A DNA stretch of 64,000 nt from a virus (Duplodnaviria > Heunggongvirae > Uroviricota > Caudoviricetes), in the IMG/VR virus record IMGVR_UViG_3300031857_000009; one strand, written 5' to 3'. Made by a program: the position numbers and the translations under genes. Under the pieces are notes generated by a model. That model had not been told where the DNA came from. It did no database searches and saw only the letters and a program-made list of their open reading frames with translations. Of the stretch, positions 61,627-64,000 are shown piece after piece (positions within the stretch are counted from its first letter, which is position 1; every line of letters starts with the position of its first letter).

Positions 61627-61654
61627 TAAAAAAATCCCAACCGAAGTTGGGATT
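61627..61654 (-). terminator. Rho-independent terminator of nrdA
   Basis: Minus strand AATCCCAAC-TTCG-GTTGGGATT (9-bp stem, cUUCGg loop) followed by a U-run. Confidence 0.85.
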
Positions 61655-61740
61655 ATATATTGTTTGATTTTTTTGCTCCTGTATAATCAAACAAAGTAGA
61701 TGTATGGTTAATTATAAAATATCAATGGAGCCACCTACAG

Positions 61741-64000
61741 TTACGAGCCACAACCTTCACATTCAAAAGGAGAATCTGTTGGTCTTGATGGTATTGACAT
61801 CTCCACGACTTCTTCTTCTTTTTGATTATTTTGGTTGTATGAAGTATTTTGTACTTCTTTAGCTTCAACTGTGGGTTTTGCTGTTGAGGTGTCGATTCCT
61901 AAACCCTTTAATGGGTCAACAGCAGCTCTGGTTCGTAAATAATACATACCCGTTTTTAAACCAAGTTTCCATCCATAAAGATGTGCGGCTAAAACTTTGG
62001 TTTTGTTTGCGTTGTCAATAAATAAATTTAAAGACTGTGATTGGTCAATGTAAATTGACCTGTTTGCCGCCATGGTTAAGATTCTTTTTTGAGACATTTC
62101 CCAAACTGTTTTGTAAACTTCTTTCACATCAACAGGTACCTCAGGAATGTTTTGAACAGAACCATTTTCCATGATTAGTTTTTTCTTTAATTCGTCAGAC
62201 CACAATCCTCTTTCAAGTAATTCATTTACGAGATGTTTATTGATTACAATAAATTCACCTCCTAATGTTCTTCTTGAGTAAAGGTTAGATGTAAATGGTT
62301 CAAATGCTTCATTATTACCAAGAATTTGTGCGGTAGATGCTGTTGGCATAGGAGCAACTAATAGAGAGTTTCTTACACCATGTTTAACAACATCTTTTCT
62401 TAGTGACTTCCAATCCCATCTTCCACTTGTGTCCTTGTCTGTTTTACCCCATAACTCGTATTGAAATTGACCTTTAGATAACGGAGAACCTTCAAATGAA
62501 GAGTACGCCCCGTTTTCAACAGCCAAGTCTTTAGACGATGTGAGAGCCGCGAAATAAATTGTTTCAAATATTTCTACTTGTAATTTGTCCGAATCCTCAC
62601 TTTCAAAAGGTAATTTTAACATACAAAACACATCCGCCAATCCTTGTACACCTAAACCAACTGGTCTATGTTTCATGTTTGAAAGTTTTGTTTCCTCAGT
62701 AGGGTAAAAATTCAAATCAATAACGTTGTTTAGGTTTTTCACAACTTGATATACATTATCATAAAGTAGTTCATGATTAAATTCTTTATTAATGATGTAT
62801 TTTGGTAATGCGATTGACGCTAAATTACAAACCGCTTGTTCTGTTGGGCTTGAGTACTCAATAATCTCGGTACACAAATTAGATGATTTAATTGTACCTA
62901 AGTTCTTTTGGTTTGATTTGTAATTAGCAGCATCCTTGTACAACATGTATGGGGTACCGGTCTCAATTTGTGCCGTTAAAATTGCGTCCATTAATTTTCT
63001 CGCTTTAACAACTTTTCTTGCTCGACCCTCTTTCTCATACCTTTCGTACAATTCTGTGAATTCTTGAGTAAAAGAAAATGGGTCATCATAAGCGTCTGAC
63101 AAACCAGGAGCTTCATCAGGTGAAAATAGTGACCACTCCCCGTCTTCCTCAACTCTTTTCATAAAAAGATTGGGTGTCCACATCGCTAAGAATAAATCAC
63201 GAGCCCTTAATTCTTCTTTACCGTGATTTTTTCTCAAATCAATAAATTCAAAAACATCTGCGTGCCATGGCTCAAGATAAATCGCGAAAGAACCTTTTCT
63301 TTTACCACCCTGATTAATCCAACGAGCGACTTCATTGTATGTTTTCATCATCGGGAGTAGTCCGTCTGATTCACCACCTGTTCCTTTAATATATGAACCC
63401 TTGGCTCTAACATCATGAACATGTAGTCCGATACCACCAGCCCATTTTGAAATTTTAGCAACATCTTTAATTGTGTCAAACAAACCATCAATGTCATCAC
63501 CTTTATTACCAATTAAGAAACAAGAAGACATTTGTGGTCTACGAGTACCGGCATTAAACAAAGTTGGAGTTGCGTGAGTGTAAAAATGTTGTGATAAATC
63601 GTCATAAATTCTCAAAGCAGTTTCTAAGTCACCATTACAAATACCAACAGCAACTCTCATGTACATATATTGAGGTCTTTCAACGATTCTTCTTCCGATT
63701 TTCAAAAGGTAAGAACGTTCAAGAGTTTTAAATCCAAAATAATCAAAATCAAAATCTCTCTCTTGAACAATCGCACCATCTAAAGATTCTTTGTTTTGAA
63801 TCACAAATTGATAAACCTCATCTGATATTAAAGATGAATCTTTTCCTGTTCTTGGTTCAATAAATGAGTGAAGTTCTTTAATACATTGGGAAAACTTTTT
63901 TGGTGTCGTTTTATGTAGATTTGACACCGCCAATCTTCCAGCTAATTTAGCATAGTCTGAATGTGTTGTTACCATAGACGCAGCCGTCTCGGCTGCTAAT
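61741..64000 (-). CDS. nrdA: Ribonucleoside-diphosphate reductase class Ia alpha subunit; 5'-truncated by window
   Basis: [48 protein letters not shown]-terminal CEGC. The frame continues to the window edge (LAAETAASM). Confidence 0.97.
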   Translation of the reverse strand, partial: LAAETAASMVTTHSDYAKLAGRLAVSNLHKTTPKKFSQCIKELHSFIEPRTGKDSSLISDEVYQFVIQNKESLDGAIVQERDFDFDYFGFKTLERSYLLKIGRRIVERPQYMYMRVAVGICNGDLETALRIYDDLSQHFYTHATPTLFNAGTRRPQMSSCFLIGNKGDDIDGLFDTIKDVAKISKWAGGIGLHVHDVRAKGSYIKGTGGESDGLLPMMKTYNEVARWINQGGKRKGSFAIYLEPWHADVFEFIDLRKNHGKEELRARDLFLAMWTPNLFMKRVEEDGEWSLFSPDEAPGLSDAYDDPFSFTQEFTELYERYEKEGRARKVVKARKLMDAILTAQIETGTPYMLYKDAANYKSNQKNLGTIKSSNLCTEIIEYSSPTEQAVCNLASIALPKYIINKEFNHELLYDNVYQVVKNLNNVIDLNFYPTEETKLSNMKHRPVGLGVQGLADVFCMLKLPFESEDSDKLQVEIFETIYFAALTSSKDLAVENGAYSSFEGSPLSKGQFQYELWGKTDKDTSGRWDWKSLRKDVVKHGVRNSLLVAPMPTASTAQILGNNEAFEPFTSNLYSRRTLGGEFIVINKHLVNELLERGLWSDELKKKLIMENGSVQNIPEVPVDVKEVYKTVWEMSQKRILTMAANRSIYIDQSQSLNLFIDNANKTKVLAAHLYGWKLGLKTGMYYLRTRAAVDPLKGLGIDTSTAKPTVEAKEVQNTSYNQNNQKEEEVVEMSIPSRPTDSPFECEGCGS

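Noticed and set aside
1-64000. Stop-codon reassignment (seen in some large phages)
   Set aside because: Conserved genes (nrdA, clpP, sbcC, baseplate) are full length and tightly packed under the standard code, and TAG and TGA both act as real stops (e.g. 9276 TAG, 4488 TGA).
61741-64000. Intron or intein in nrdA
   Set aside because: Visible portion is contiguous with expected motif spacing and no insertion.
1-64000. tRNA, rRNA or IS/transposase genes
   Set aside because: No cloverleaf, rRNA-like or transposase signatures recognised; intergenic gaps are short. A tRNAscan/Infernal run would be needed to exclude them formally.

Overview
AT-rich, gene-dense segment of a large contractile-tailed (myovirus-type, probably jumbo) bacteriophage genome. 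Almost all genes are on the minus strand. The likely host is Bacteroidota, inferred from the sigma factor, ClpP, Hc1-like protein and DUF6576-like tail. Left part (1-20.6 kb): nucleotide-sugar epimerase (partial), glutaredoxin, thioredoxin, AAA ATPase, Dam-family methyltransferase, small hypotheticals, Hc1 histone-like protein, probable internal head proteins, a degenerate amidase with membrane/spanin-like genes, sigma70-family factor, ClpP, Rad50/Mre11-like (gp46/gp47) genes, PD-(D/E)xK nucleases, primase and RuvC. Right part (20.7-61.6 kb): a tail/baseplate module (gp25-like, baseplate J/gp6-like, gpI/gp7-like, tail-collar-like). It contains five adjacent genes built from shared modules, four with Thr-Pro linkers, including a 5472-aa protein with about 4,700 aa of ([10 protein letters not shown])n repeats and Cys-rich C-terminal modules. 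The window ends in nrdA (partial). Main signals beyond annotation: the giant Thr-Pro tether system; apparent total absence of GATC despite a Dam-family MTase; a TATTTAT(A) motif (reverse complement of the T4 late box) just upstream of 12 mostly late-type genes; a candidate -1 frameshift on an A10 run; an apparently split Mre11-Rad50 arrangement; and a 55-aa gene missed by the ORF track. All homology calls come from motif recognition by eye, with no database search.
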